From positions 9,519 through 73,518 of the forward strand of contig JAHFNO010000006.1 in the NCBI GenBank assembly GCA_023267275.1: a stretch of DNA of 64,000 bases. The letters run 5' to 3'. A program made the translations under genes and the position numbers. Shown here piece by piece: positions 1-9,585 of this stretch. Origin of the DNA: Candidatus Nomurabacteria bacterium. GTDB lineage: Bacteria > Patescibacteriota > Minisyncoccia > Phycocordibacterales > UBA9973. Every line of letters begins with the position of its first letter. The first letter of the stretch is position 1. The notes beneath the pieces were generated by a model, which saw only the letters and a list, made by a program, of their open reading frames with translations, did not search any database and was not told where the DNA came from.

Positions 1-1379
1 ATCAGAATGTACGAGGTGGAACTATCGTTGGTGGTAGTAGTTCATTTACAAGTACCTATACAGGTGGAACAGTGGCAACCCCGCAGATTCCAGATCTTTC
101 AACATCAAATAAAGCTCGTGCTGACATAATGCAAACTGGATATACAGCACTTCAAAATATGTCAGATGTTATTTCAACAGACAATGCTGAATTCCAAAAT
201 GCACAAAGTTACCGTGACAACATATCACAAAAAAAAGCAAATTTAGAAACGAGCCATGCGATTGAGCGACAACTTCTTTCCTTGCTTAAGCGTATTGATT
301 TACTACCAACACTTAGTGGGTATCCAGGACCTACAGGGTCGCTTGATCTTGTTCCAACAATCTCACTTAATGGGGATAAAGTTGTTACAGTAAACCAGGA
401 TGATACCTATACTGATGCTGGAGCAACAGCAAAAGATACAACTGATGGAGATATCACAAACAAAATTATCACGACAAATAACGTAGACACTGCAACCCCA
501 GGAATATACACCATAACCTATGACGTTATAAACAAAGCGGGGATTACGGCAAATCAAGTTACCCGCACTGTTCGCGTGCTTGATCCAAACAACTCGGTTT
601 TACCAGACATACAAAACTATGCGGTAAAAAATGAACCGTTCTCAAAAACAAACCTATTGCCTGACATAGGTACTTTGGATGGATCAGGTACCGGATCAAC
701 ACCTATACGTGATTACAACAAAGACTTGCTTGCAATCAAAAACATGAGAGATATTTCATCTTTTACTGACTACGAACTAGAACTCAGGGCGATCAATAAT
801 ATTTTCAGTCAAATCGCACCATATATTCATGGAGTAGACGATCTCAATAGTGAACAAGCTGTTCTCGATACGATGATGCTCTCTTCAAATAATATTGCGA
901 CCTTTGATAAAACAACAGGGGAACTCACTGGCGGTGTTCTGAATCAATGTATAAAAACAACCACAAAGCCTGGATATAAGGGTCCAACTGCCCGCAAATT
1001 GTTTGCATACCTCGCATCAAATGATGGCACAATTAAAAAATTACCTGAATGGCTCACCACAAAACTTCCTCCGAGTCAGTCATTCCTTCCAGACTGGCAC
1101 TTTGCACAAGGAAACGGACAACAATTGGATGGAAAAAATTGGTTTCCTGGCGATGGAGAACCAGCATATCCACCAGATATACAAGGTAAACAATTTACTT
1201 TCCATAATTATAATGGCAATACAATGAAATTGAATGGGGGCACAATGATTGTAGAAGTAAATGGACCTGTCTCACTTGATGATGATAAACTTATTCGAAA
1301 TGATGATGTCGTCAATATGACCTGGCAACCAGTAATCAATGCAATGAAGGGTATCGAAAATCTCACAGGAATGTATTAG
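1..1379 (+). CDS. Large secreted/surface protein with DUF5011 (Ig-like) domain, 5'-truncated by the window
   Basis: Frame is open from the window start. PTISLNGDKVVTVNQDDTYTDAGATAKDTTDGDIT...VDTATPGIYTITYDV..AG..ANQVTRTVRV is a typical DUF5011 repeat. Confidence 0.75.
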   Translation, partial: QNVRGGTIVGGSSSFTSTYTGGTVATPQIPDLSTSNKARADIMQTGYTALQNMSDVISTDNAEFQNAQSYRDNISQKKANLETSHAIERQLLSLLKRIDLLPTLSGYPGPTGSLDLVPTISLNGDKVVTVNQDDTYTDAGATAKDTTDGDITNKIITTNNVDTATPGIYTITYDVINKAGITANQVTRTVRVLDPNNSVLPDIQNYAVKNEPFSKTNLLPDIGTLDGSGTGSTPIRDYNKDLLAIKNMRDISSFTDYELELRAINNIFSQIAPYIHGVDDLNSEQAVLDTMMLSSNNIATFDKTTGELTGGVLNQCIKTTTKPGYKGPTARKLFAYLASNDGTIKKLPEWLTTKLPPSQSFLPDWHFAQGNGQQLDGKNWFPGDGEPAYPPDIQGKQFTFHNYNGNTMKLNGGTMIVEVNGPVSLDDDKLIRNDDVVNMTWQPVINAMKGIENLTGMY

Positions 1380-1424
1380 AATCAATAAACAATTGAACAC
1401 GGGAACAAGAAAGCAAAACACACA

Positions 1425-4022
1425 ATGAAACGATTCGCTCCACTTATTTTTACGATAGCCATCCTCGCTAGCACGTTGTTGCCTTTTTCTGCGACACTCA
1501 CTGCAAACCGGGCATATGCAGACAATACAACTTCCGTAAACACCACCTATACTCCGCCACAAGATGTTCAAGGATATCTTGAAGAATGCAGTATAAAAAC
1601 TTTTATTCCAGGATGTCTTGAACAACTAATATATTATATTCCGTACACATTCGGTTCATGGGCAATGTCTGTTGCGGCCGAGGCATTTGACGCAGCGGCA
1701 AATCTTACGCTTTCAAGCACGCTCTATACAACAGGAAGCAATTTCCTTGAAAAAGGATGGACGGTCACCCGCGACTTTGCGAATATTTTCTTTATTCTCA
1801 TTTTGCTTTTCATTGCCTTTTCTTTAGTACTCGACATCGAGATTGGTCACGCAAACCCAAAGAAAATGCTGACCTCTGTTATCTTAGTTGCCATACTTAT
1901 CAACTTCAGCTTTTTTGCTACCGAGGTTGTCATTGATATTTCCAACTCCATGGCGCTCGTCTTCTACAACCAGATCAGCGTGGTAAATGAAAGCGGGGGA
2001 GCAGTAAACAATGATGATGTTAACAAACAGCTAAAAGACACAAACAATCAATATATCAATGCAAGTGCTGTAAAACCACTGAGTGTTGCCTTAGTAAAAG
2101 CATTTACTCCGCAAGTTTTTTCAAACCCGGCGTTTTATGAAAAACTTAAAAAAGTTGGGTCAAGTGGTTTCTTTAATTCGAGTAGCAAAGTAGTAAATAC
2201 AAGCGACAAGATTGAAGCGATGGTCATCATTCCAATCATGCTCATGGTAGGAATGATGTTTCTCGTCGTTGCATATAGTTTTATTGTGGCACTCATCTCA
2301 CTCCTTGGTCGCCTTATTGGGCTTTGGATTGCAATTGTTTTTGCACCGCTCGCCTTTGTTTCCATGATTGTTCCATCCACAAAGGAAATTTCAGGATTTG
2401 GTTGGAATGACTGGAGTAGTTCGCTTCTCACCAATGCATTTGCAGCACCAATCTATTTCTTTTTCTTGCTTCTTATTTCGCTTCTCACACAAATTTCTAT
2501 TGTTCCCAAGACAATTCCTGATTCGCTTTCACCTGGAATACTCCTTGTGCTTGTCATCATCCAATTTGCAATTGTTATGACAATGCTTTTGAAAGCTACT
2601 TCATACGTAAAGAAGGCGGCTGGAGAAATTGGCAACATGGTAATGAAGGGAGCACAGGTACTCGTTGGCGGAGCAGCTGGACTTGCCGCAGGAACAGCAC
2701 TTGGCGCGGTGGCACTTGGCGGACAAGCTACAGTTGGGTTTGTGGGCAAGAGAATTTCTCAATCTGGAATGCTTAATAAATGGGCATCTGGTGAAGGTGG
2801 TGGTGGAAAATTTGGACGAGCCCTTAAGCAATTTACCGGAGAAAATGTTTTGAAGGGTAGCCAATTCCTTTCAAAATCAAGTTTTGATGCACGCCACACT
2901 GGTGTTGCCAACGCGCTCTCTTCTGCAACAGGTATTGGGCTCGGTAGTTTTGGAGCGCTCGCAGCAGCAAAAACCGCGGGTGGTCTTGAGGCCGCTGCAG
3001 CTCGCAAAGCAGAAAAAGATGAAAAGTTTGCAAATAGTCTGCGACAAAATTCCGCTCAAGAAGCAGAATTGAAGAAACTGAAAGGCGCTCGAGAAAAAGA
3101 ACTAGATGAAAAAGAAGCGGAACAAAAACTACAACAAAAATTAAAGGAGAATATTGATGCTGAGGTTCGCACACAAGAAACAATTCGTCGTGAAGCTAGT
3201 GAATTAATGAAAAATCTAAATGCTCAAGGCATTAAACCAGGAGACAAGAGATATGACGATGCACAAAAAGCCTTTGATGAAGCTCTTGTAAAATTAAATG
3301 ATGGACCCAGCGCACTCAAAAAACAAGCTGAGGATGCTCGAAAAGCTGCTCAAAAAATTAAAGAGGAAGCTGATGCAATTAAGCTTGGAAAAAGAAACGC
3401 TGATGGAACTCAAATTAAGGCAACTGAAGGGGAGACTAAAGCCGACGGAACAACAGTTACAAAAAAAGAAGCAGACAGTGGAAAAATTATCAGCAAAGAT
3501 TCTTTGTCCCTTTCAGACCTTGAAAAGCTTGTTGAAAATAGTAAAAAAGCTCCTGCACGCGCATATCTCGCATATCAAGCAGAAACATCTGGCTATCATA
3601 CAAATGTCACCCGAGACAAACTTGGTAACGTAACTGGTTTCCATGTAGACACCAGTCAACCGGGGGAAAGAAATTGGGCACGAGCTGGTATGCGCGTATT
3701 TGGTGCAGCAGCACTTGGCGGGCTTACTGGAAATATTGGACTGCTTACAACGGCTGTTAGTGGAATTGGTGGCGCAGTAACATTTGGTGTTGCAGCGGCA
3801 ATGCGAGATGTACTAGCTGAAATGGGTGGAGGAAAAACAGGTAGTAGTATTGTGGCTGGAGAGGCTGCCCATCACACAGCAGAGCCAGGTGGCAAACACG
3901 AACACGAACATGGTGTCTATCACTCACCAAACAAAGACTTCTTTGATCAGTTGAAATCAATCTTTACTGGCGGTGGAGGAGGTGGAGGTGGATCCAAACC
4001 TGCTGCAGCTGCACATCATTAA
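1425..4022 (+). CDS. VirB6/TrbL-like polytopic membrane protein with Gly-rich and coiled-coil C-terminus
   Basis: Signal peptide, GWTVTRDFANIFFI motif, several TM helices, GA-rich segment, K/E coiled coil; lies upstream of PrgI/VirB4. Confidence 0.65.
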   Translation: MKRFAPLIFTIAILASTLLPFSATLTANRAYADNTTSVNTTYTPPQDVQGYLEECSIKTFIPGCLEQLIYYIPYTFGSWAMSVAAEAFDAAANLTLSSTLYTTGSNFLEKGWTVTRDFANIFFILILLFIAFSLVLDIEIGHANPKKMLTSVILVAILINFSFFATEVVIDISNSMALVFYNQISVVNESGGAVNNDDVNKQLKDTNNQYINASAVKPLSVALVKAFTPQVFSNPAFYEKLKKVGSSGFFNSSSKVVNTSDKIEAMVIIPIMLMVGMMFLVVAYSFIVALISLLGRLIGLWIAIVFAPLAFVSMIVPSTKEISGFGWNDWSSSLLTNAFAAPIYFFFLLLISLLTQISIVPKTIPDSLSPGILLVLVIIQFAIVMTMLLKATSYVKKAAGEIGNMVMKGAQVLVGGAAGLAAGTALGAVALGGQATVGFVGKRISQSGMLNKWASGEGGGGKFGRALKQFTGENVLKGSQFLSKSSFDARHTGVANALSSATGIGLGSFGALAAAKTAGGLEAAAARKAEKDEKFANSLRQNSAQEAELKKLKGAREKELDEKEAEQKLQQKLKENIDAEVRTQETIRREASELMKNLNAQGIKPGDKRYDDAQKAFDEALVKLNDGPSALKKQAEDARKAAQKIKEEADAIKLGKRNADGTQIKATEGETKADGTTVTKKEADSGKIISKDSLSLSDLEKLVENSKKAPARAYLAYQAETSGYHTNVTRDKLGNVTGFHVDTSQPGERNWARAGMRVFGAAALGGLTGNIGLLTTAVSGIGGAVTFGVAAAMRDVLAEMGGGKTGSSIVAGEAAHHTAEPGGKHEHEHGVYHSPNKDFFDQLKSIFTGGGGGGGGSKPAAAAHH

Positions 4023-4034
4023 GTAAGCATCTGC

Positions 4035-4070
4035 TTCCCCTCCTTGTCGAGGAGGGGATTGAGGGGAGGT
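4035..4070. repeat. REP-like palindrome CCCCTCCTTGTCGAGGAGGGG followed by AGGGGAGG
   Basis: GC-rich hairpin directly after the stop codon in an AT-rich context; single copy in the window. Confidence 0.45.
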
Positions 4071-4105
4071 GATTAAAATTTTTTAAATGCTACAATAATA
4101 AATAT

Positions 4106-4933
4106 ATGGCTGACGAAGTAAAAAAAGTACCTGTTGTCTCTAGTACAACAAACACTCCATCGGTAAACGATCCTCAGTTTGACGAAATAAAAAGTGAGCT
4201 TTTTACTCGTTTCGAACTTCTTCCTGATGATATCAAAAAGGCAATTACTGATGACGGATACCAAACAAAACTCCTCACTATTGCAAAAGAACAAAAAATG
4301 ACCTATGAAGAACTTGGTATACTGGAGACAGAAACAACGATGGTACTTCTTGGAATGACAAAACCTGAAGATTATCGCGATGAACTGCAATTGCAATTGA
4401 AAAAGAACGATGCAGATATCGATACCTTGGTAAAAAAAGTAAATGAACAGGTATTCCTTCCTATCCGCGCATCACTTGAACGAGTATACGCAGCAAAAAA
4501 GGAACCAGCAGATTATATTCCGGAAAGTATTGTTACTGGGGTTGTAGAAAAAACACCTCCCACCACCCCGCCTGGAGTACCAGTCACCCCTCCTCAGGCA
4601 GGAAGGGAAATAATGAGCACACTGTCCACACAAGACAAATCAATTCTTGAAAAAACTGGTGTGGTGATCAATGAAACAAAACCTACTCCCAACCCTGTGC
4701 AAACTGCAGGAGTTGCAAATCGTAATGATTTGCTGAAGGGAATAGAAAACCCTCCAAAAGCACCGGTCATTGGAATGATGGCAAGCAAACTCAACACTAC
4801 CGGGCCAGCCATGCCAACAAAATCGACCGATTACTCAATATTGAAAAATGCGAGTACTCCACCTCCCACAAATATTCCTGTCGCACCAAAAACACAAGGA
4901 TCTGATCCGTATCGGGAACCAATCGGACACTAG
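4106..4933 (+). CDS. Hypothetical protein (helical N-terminus, Pro/Thr-rich C-terminus ending DPYREPI)
   Basis: 275-aa ORF within the secretion cluster; TGcTACAAT upstream. Confidence 0.8.
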   Translation: MADEVKKVPVVSSTTNTPSVNDPQFDEIKSELFTRFELLPDDIKKAITDDGYQTKLLTIAKEQKMTYEELGILETETTMVLLGMTKPEDYRDELQLQLKKNDADIDTLVKKVNEQVFLPIRASLERVYAAKKEPADYIPESIVTGVVEKTPPTTPPGVPVTPPQAGREIMSTLSTQDKSILEKTGVVINETKPTPNPVQTAGVANRNDLLKGIENPPKAPVIGMMASKLNTTGPAMPTKSTDYSILKNASTPPPTNIPVAPKTQGSDPYREPIGH

Positions 4934-5013
4934 AACAAGAAAACATAAAAACACGAGAACAAAAAATACAATTGTTCTCGTGTTTTGTTTTCATGATCTT
5001 GTGCTCTAGTGAT
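4927..5013. repeat. Inverted pair of 8-nt-period arrays (AACA-type then TGTT-type)
   Basis: acactaga acaagaa acataaaa acacgaga acaaaaaa ... ttgttctc gtgttttg ... ttgtgctc tagtgata. Confidence 0.7.
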
Positions 5014-5024
5014 ATAATGACTCT

Positions 5025-5429
5025 ATGCGATTTTCTGTTCCACAATTTATTGATGTTGAGGACAAAATTTTTGGACCGCTCACGTTCAAACAATTCGTCT
5101 ATCTTGTAGGTGGGGGAGGAATGGTTTTTCTTTGCTATAAATTCTTGCCTTGGTATCTTTGGATCCCTCTTGGTCTTGGATTCGGCGGTCTCGGATTTGC
5201 ACTCGCCTTTGTTAAGGTAAATGAAAAACCGCTCATCAATACGATAGAGGCAATGTTCAATTACGGTATCAATGACAAGCTCTACGTTTGGAAGAAAGAA
5301 CACCCAACCAAAAAATCACAAGAACAAAAGAACAAGGAACAAGAAGTGCCCGTTCAATTACTCCCCCGAATTTCAGAATCCAAGTTGCACGATATAGCTT
5401 GGGGACTTGATGTTCTTGATAAGAGCTAA
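5025..5429 (+). CDS. PrgI family membrane protein
   Basis: VPQFIDVEDKIFGPLTFKQF motif followed by two TM helices; precedes VirB4. Confidence 0.85.
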   Translation: MRFSVPQFIDVEDKIFGPLTFKQFVYLVGGGGMVFLCYKFLPWYLWIPLGLGFGGLGFALAFVKVNEKPLINTIEAMFNYGINDKLYVWKKEHPTKKSQEQKNKEQEVPVQLLPRISESKLHDIAWGLDVLDKS

Positions 5430-5472
5430 AAATAAAATAACACAAGAACACTAAAACAAAAGAACAAGATAT

Positions 5473-5838
5473 ATGCAGGGAAATACTTACAGAGAAACAC
5501 TTAAAAATAAAATGGATCAGTATGTTCATTTTATTTATGGGATAACGAAATCATTTCCAAAAGAAGAAATATTCGGTTCAGTTTCTCAAATACGTAGGGC
5601 GGGGCTTTCTGTTGTTTTGAATTATACGGAGGGTTATGCACGAAGAAAACCCTTGGTTCTACTAAACTTTTATGAGATTGCATATGGCTCTCTTCAAGAG
5701 TCAAAATATTTACTTTTGTTTGCAAAAGACGAAAAATATATACCTGAGGATATATACAAAAAAGGAGAAATTATGGCAAACGAAATAGGTGCAATGCTTT
5801 GGAAAGAAATTCAATCAATAGAAAAATCTATTAAATAA
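5473..5838 (+). CDS. Four helix bundle protein (23S rRNA-IVP/Avd-like)
   Basis: ITKSFPKEEIFGSVSQIRRAGLSVVLNYTEGYAR...IAYGSLQESKY matches the family pattern FPxEExxGxxSQxRRAxxSxxxNxxEG. Confidence 0.9.
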   Translation: MQGNTYRETLKNKMDQYVHFIYGITKSFPKEEIFGSVSQIRRAGLSVVLNYTEGYARRKPLVLLNFYEIAYGSLQESKYLLLFAKDEKYIPEDIYKKGEIMANEIGAMLWKEIQSIEKSIK

Positions 5839-5884
5839 CAATTTTTGATTTAATGTTCTCTTGTTCTGGTGATATACTGTTCTC

Positions 5885-6541
5885 GTGGCTATCAGCGCAA
5901 CAGCAACTCAAGAATTTGTTCCAATCAAAGAAGTCCGTGAAGGAACCATCGTTCTTAAAGATGGTGGTCTCCGGGCTATTATTGCCGTCTCATCAGTAAA
6001 CCTTGCCCTCAAATCAAGCGACGAGCAAATTGCAACAATCAATCAATTTCAGTCATTTCTCAATTCGATCGATTTTCCTATTCAAATAGTTATTCAATCT
6101 CGCCGTCTTGATATTCGACCATATCTCCTTATGCTCGAAGGCAAAATGAAAGACCAGCACGAACCTCTCCTTAAACTACAGACCGCTGGATATATTAGTT
6201 TCATTCGTGAATTTACCGAACAAGTCGCCATCATGCGCAAATACTTTTACGTAGTTATTCCCTATGAAGAAGCAGCGATTTCAACAAAAAAAGGTTTTTT
6301 GGGTGGAATTTTTGGGAACAAACAATCTGGACAGACAAAACAAATGGCTGAAAATGCAAGCTTTGAAGAAAAGCGAACACAACTTGATGAGCGCGTAAGT
6401 GTGATCGCAAATGGACTTGGCAGTGTTGGTGCTCGTACTGAGCGCCTGCAAACGGAGGAGGTGATCGAGCTCTTCTACAAGACATTCAATCCTGGAGATA
6501 TTCAACCTGCAGTAAAACTCGCCGAAGTAGTAAATCAATAA
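5885..6541 (+). CDS. VirB4-associated protein (TraC/TraE N-terminal-like)
   Basis: TQEFVPIKEVREG...VSSVNLALKSSDEQ...FLNSIDFPIQI; lies between PrgI and VirB4; GTG start 6 nt after TATACT. Confidence 0.7.
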   Translation: MAISATATQEFVPIKEVREGTIVLKDGGLRAIIAVSSVNLALKSSDEQIATINQFQSFLNSIDFPIQIVIQSRRLDIRPYLLMLEGKMKDQHEPLLKLQTAGYISFIREFTEQVAIMRKYFYVVIPYEEAAISTKKGFLGGIFGNKQSGQTKQMAENASFEEKRTQLDERVSVIANGLGSVGARTERLQTEEVIELFYKTFNPGDIQPAVKLAEVVNQ

Positions 6542-6644
6542 CCAATGAAACGCAAAAACACCAGAACAACTAAACAACAAATGCAAAAACAAGAATGTCT
6601 TTCTGGTTATTATTGTTTTAATGTTTTTATGATTTACTGATTTT

Positions 6645-8495
6645 ATGTTTTCACTATTTGGAAAAAAGAAAAACCCAGCTGGGGAATCAACCCACATTCA
6701 GGCAAACGCAATGCCTATTTTTCCTGAGCAAATTTACGAAGCAGCCTCACTTGAACTCAAAGACATCATCGCTCCTTCAGCACTCAAAATCGAACCAAAA
6801 TCAATCAACCTTGGAGACAAAATTGCACGTACCTATTTTGTTATTTCCTACCCATCAACACTCACCGACAATTGGCTCTCTCCAGTCATCAACCTCGACA
6901 AGGTATTTGATATTTCAATAACAATTCATCCTGTAGAAACTGCACAAATTCTTCGTCAATTTCAAAAGAAAGTAGCCGAGGTACAAAGCCAAATCATGGA
7001 ACGTGAAGCAAAGGGAATGGTGCGCGACCCAATGCTCGATATGGCGAACAAAAATCTTGAGGATTTGCGCGACCGTCTCACTCAAGCACAAGAAAAAATG
7101 TTTGATGTTGGACTCTATCTCACGATTTACGCCGATAACGAAACTGAATTGTATAAAATTGAAAATGAAATCAAATCAATTCTTGAATCAAAACTCATTT
7201 ACTTTAAGCCTGCACTCTTTCAGCAAGATGATGGATTTAAGAGCGTGCTTCCACTTGAAGACGATCGTTTACAGATATACCAAAAGCTCAATTCGGAGCC
7301 ACTCTCGAGTTTTTTCCCATTTGTTTCGTTTGACCTTACGAGTGACAAAGGAATTCTCTACGGTGTAAACCGCCACAATTCCTCACTCATTATTTTTGAC
7401 CGTTTCAGTCTCGACAACTACAACTCAATTATTTTTGCTACATCGGGTGCTGGAAAATCATACGCCACAAAACTCGAAGTGATTCGTTGTCTCATGTTCG
7501 ATACCGAAGTGATTGTTATCGACCCAGAACGTGAATACGAACGTCTCGCCGAAGCACTCGGTGGACGCTACTTCAATATTTCGCTCAACTCTGGAAGTCA
7601 CATCAATCCGTTTGACCTTCCGCTTCCTGGAGAGGGGGAGACGGGTAATGACGTGCTTCGCGGAAATGTCATCAATCTTGTTGGACTCTTTCGTATCATG
7701 CTTGGCGGACTTACTGCCGAAGAAGACGCGCTCGTTGATCGCGCCATAATGGAAACATATGCGGTTAAAGACATCACTCCGGATTCTGATTTTTCTCAAA
7801 TCGAACCGCCGCTTCTTTCCGATTTCGAAATGGTACTCTCGGGCATGGAAGGAACTGAATCAATCGTTTCTCGTCTTTCAAAATATACCCACGGTTCGTG
7901 GGCAGGGTTTATCAACCAGCCATCAAACGTAGACATCAACAAAAAATTTGTGGTTTTCTCTGTGCGCGACATGGAAGACGACCTCAAACCTGCAGCCATG
8001 TATATCGTGACCCACTTCATTTGGAACGAAGTTCGTAAAAATATCAAAAAACGACTGCTTGTAGTGGATGAGGCATGGTGGATGATGAAATCCGACGATA
8101 CTGCCTCGTTCTTGTACTCGATTGCAAAGCGCGGCCGCAAATATTTCTTAGGACTTGCCACAATCACTCAAGACGTCGGAGATTTTATGAAGAGCCCATA
8201 CGGTATTCCAATCGTTACGAACTCATCACTGCAACTTCTCTTGAAACAATCGCCATCAACGGTAGATGTATTGCAAAAAACATTCAACCTCACTGATGAA
8301 GAGAAATATCTGTTGCTTGAATGTAACAAGGGGGAGGGAATCTTCTTTGCTGGACTCAAACATGTGGCGATTAAAGTGATTGCCTCGTACACAGAAGACC
8401 AGCTCATCACAAGCGACCCGTCACAAATCCTAGCATTACAAAAATCAAGAACAGAACTCGCAGAAGCTGTATCTGGAACACCTCCGGTTCAATAA
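6645..8495 (+). CDS. virB4: VirB4-like type IV secretion ATPase
   Basis: Walker A ATSGAGKS, VIDPEREY, INPFD, Walker B LLVVDEAW, RGRKY, ITQD. Confidence 0.9.
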   Translation: MFSLFGKKKNPAGESTHIQANAMPIFPEQIYEAASLELKDIIAPSALKIEPKSINLGDKIARTYFVISYPSTLTDNWLSPVINLDKVFDISITIHPVETAQILRQFQKKVAEVQSQIMEREAKGMVRDPMLDMANKNLEDLRDRLTQAQEKMFDVGLYLTIYADNETELYKIENEIKSILESKLIYFKPALFQQDDGFKSVLPLEDDRLQIYQKLNSEPLSSFFPFVSFDLTSDKGILYGVNRHNSSLIIFDRFSLDNYNSIIFATSGAGKSYATKLEVIRCLMFDTEVIVIDPEREYERLAEALGGRYFNISLNSGSHINPFDLPLPGEGETGNDVLRGNVINLVGLFRIMLGGLTAEEDALVDRAIMETYAVKDITPDSDFSQIEPPLLSDFEMVLSGMEGTESIVSRLSKYTHGSWAGFINQPSNVDINKKFVVFSVRDMEDDLKPAAMYIVTHFIWNEVRKNIKKRLLVVDEAWWMMKSDDTASFLYSIAKRGRKYFLGLATITQDVGDFMKSPYGIPIVTNSSLQLLLKQSPSTVDVLQKTFNLTDEEKYLLLECNKGEGIFFAGLKHVAIKVIASYTEDQLITSDPSQILALQKSRTELAEAVSGTPPVQ

Positions 8496-8522
8496 AACAA
8501 AAAATCACGAGAACACTAGAGC

Positions 8523-8553
8523 AAAAAGCCCCGCGCTACGCGCGGGGCTTTTT
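8523..8553. terminator. Intrinsic terminator hairpin
   Basis: aaaaagccccgcgc-tac-gcgcggggcttttt, centred in an 8-nt repeat array pair. Confidence 0.8.
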
Positions 8554-8600
8554 GTTACTTTTTGTTTTTATGTTCATTGTTCTAGTGATATACTGTTTCT

Positions 8601-9581
8601 ATGATACGCAAAGCGTTGTTTACTCTCACTTTTATTGCAATCGTTGTACCAGCTATTTCATTTGCTCAGGTGAACGATCAAATTTCTGTTTCTACTGATC
8701 CAATAAATCCTGGTGCAAACCAATCCGTCACCGTAACACTCCAAAGTTATTCTCTCGATCTTCAATCGTCTGAAATCGATTGGTCTCTTGATGGAAAACG
8801 AATGAAAGGAGGTATTGGAAACAATACGTTTACTTTCACCACAAAAAGTATCGGTTCACCGTCAACAGTTTCTGTAACAGTTATTCCTATTGGAGTTCCG
8901 CAAATAACCAAAACAATCACCATCAATCCAATGTCGGTGGATATTCTCTGGCAGGCAACCGATTCAATCGTACCTCCGTTGTATAAGGGCAAAGCAATGC
9001 CAACATCAGAATCTCAAATAAAATTTGTGGCTATTCCTCAAGTACAAACTGCTGGAGGATCGCTTGTAGCAAGTAGTTCACTTATCTATGACTGGAAAGA
9101 AAATTACATAAGTGATCAGAGTAATTCCGGTTATGGAAAAGATTTCTTTATCACTGCGATGGACTATCTCAATCCAACAAAAGATGTGAGTGTATCGGTA
9201 GGAACCCGCGATGGAGGAACAGCTACTGATGGCACGGTGGAAATTAAACCGATCAATCCTGAAGTTCTTTGGTATGCATCGAGCCCTCTCTACGGTCCGC
9301 TCTTTTCTGCAGCGCTGGGTGACAGTTACACTGTGGCCGGTAACGAAACTTCTCTCGTTGCAATGCCATACTTCTTTTCACCCTCAAATCCTGCATCAAA
9401 TCTTTTGAGTTACGCATGGCAAATCAATGGAACGGCGGTAGACACACCAACAATCCCAAATTCTCTCTACCTGCACCGCGATTCAAGCTCGACCGGGAGC
9501 GCAACGATCGACCTTTCTATCTCAAACACCACAAAGCTTTTTCAAGAAGCCACTACTCATCTAAATTTGTTGTTGCAATAA
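8601..9581 (+). CDS. Secreted beta-rich (Ig/PKD-like) protein
   Basis: Signal peptide ending SFA-Q; repeated strands with IDW/YDW/YAW motifs. Confidence 0.75.
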   Translation: MIRKALFTLTFIAIVVPAISFAQVNDQISVSTDPINPGANQSVTVTLQSYSLDLQSSEIDWSLDGKRMKGGIGNNTFTFTTKSIGSPSTVSVTVIPIGVPQITKTITINPMSVDILWQATDSIVPPLYKGKAMPTSESQIKFVAIPQVQTAGGSLVASSSLIYDWKENYISDQSNSGYGKDFFITAMDYLNPTKDVSVSVGTRDGGTATDGTVEIKPINPEVLWYASSPLYGPLFSAALGDSYTVAGNETSLVAMPYFFSPSNPASNLLSYAWQINGTAVDTPTIPNSLYLHRDSSSTGSATIDLSISNTTKLFQEATTHLNLLLQ

Positions 9582-9585
9582 GTAT

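Noticed and set aside
5473-5838. Diversity-generating retroelement (Avd-like gene)
   Set aside because: No reverse transcriptase and no TR/VR pair with adenine-specific differences in the window.
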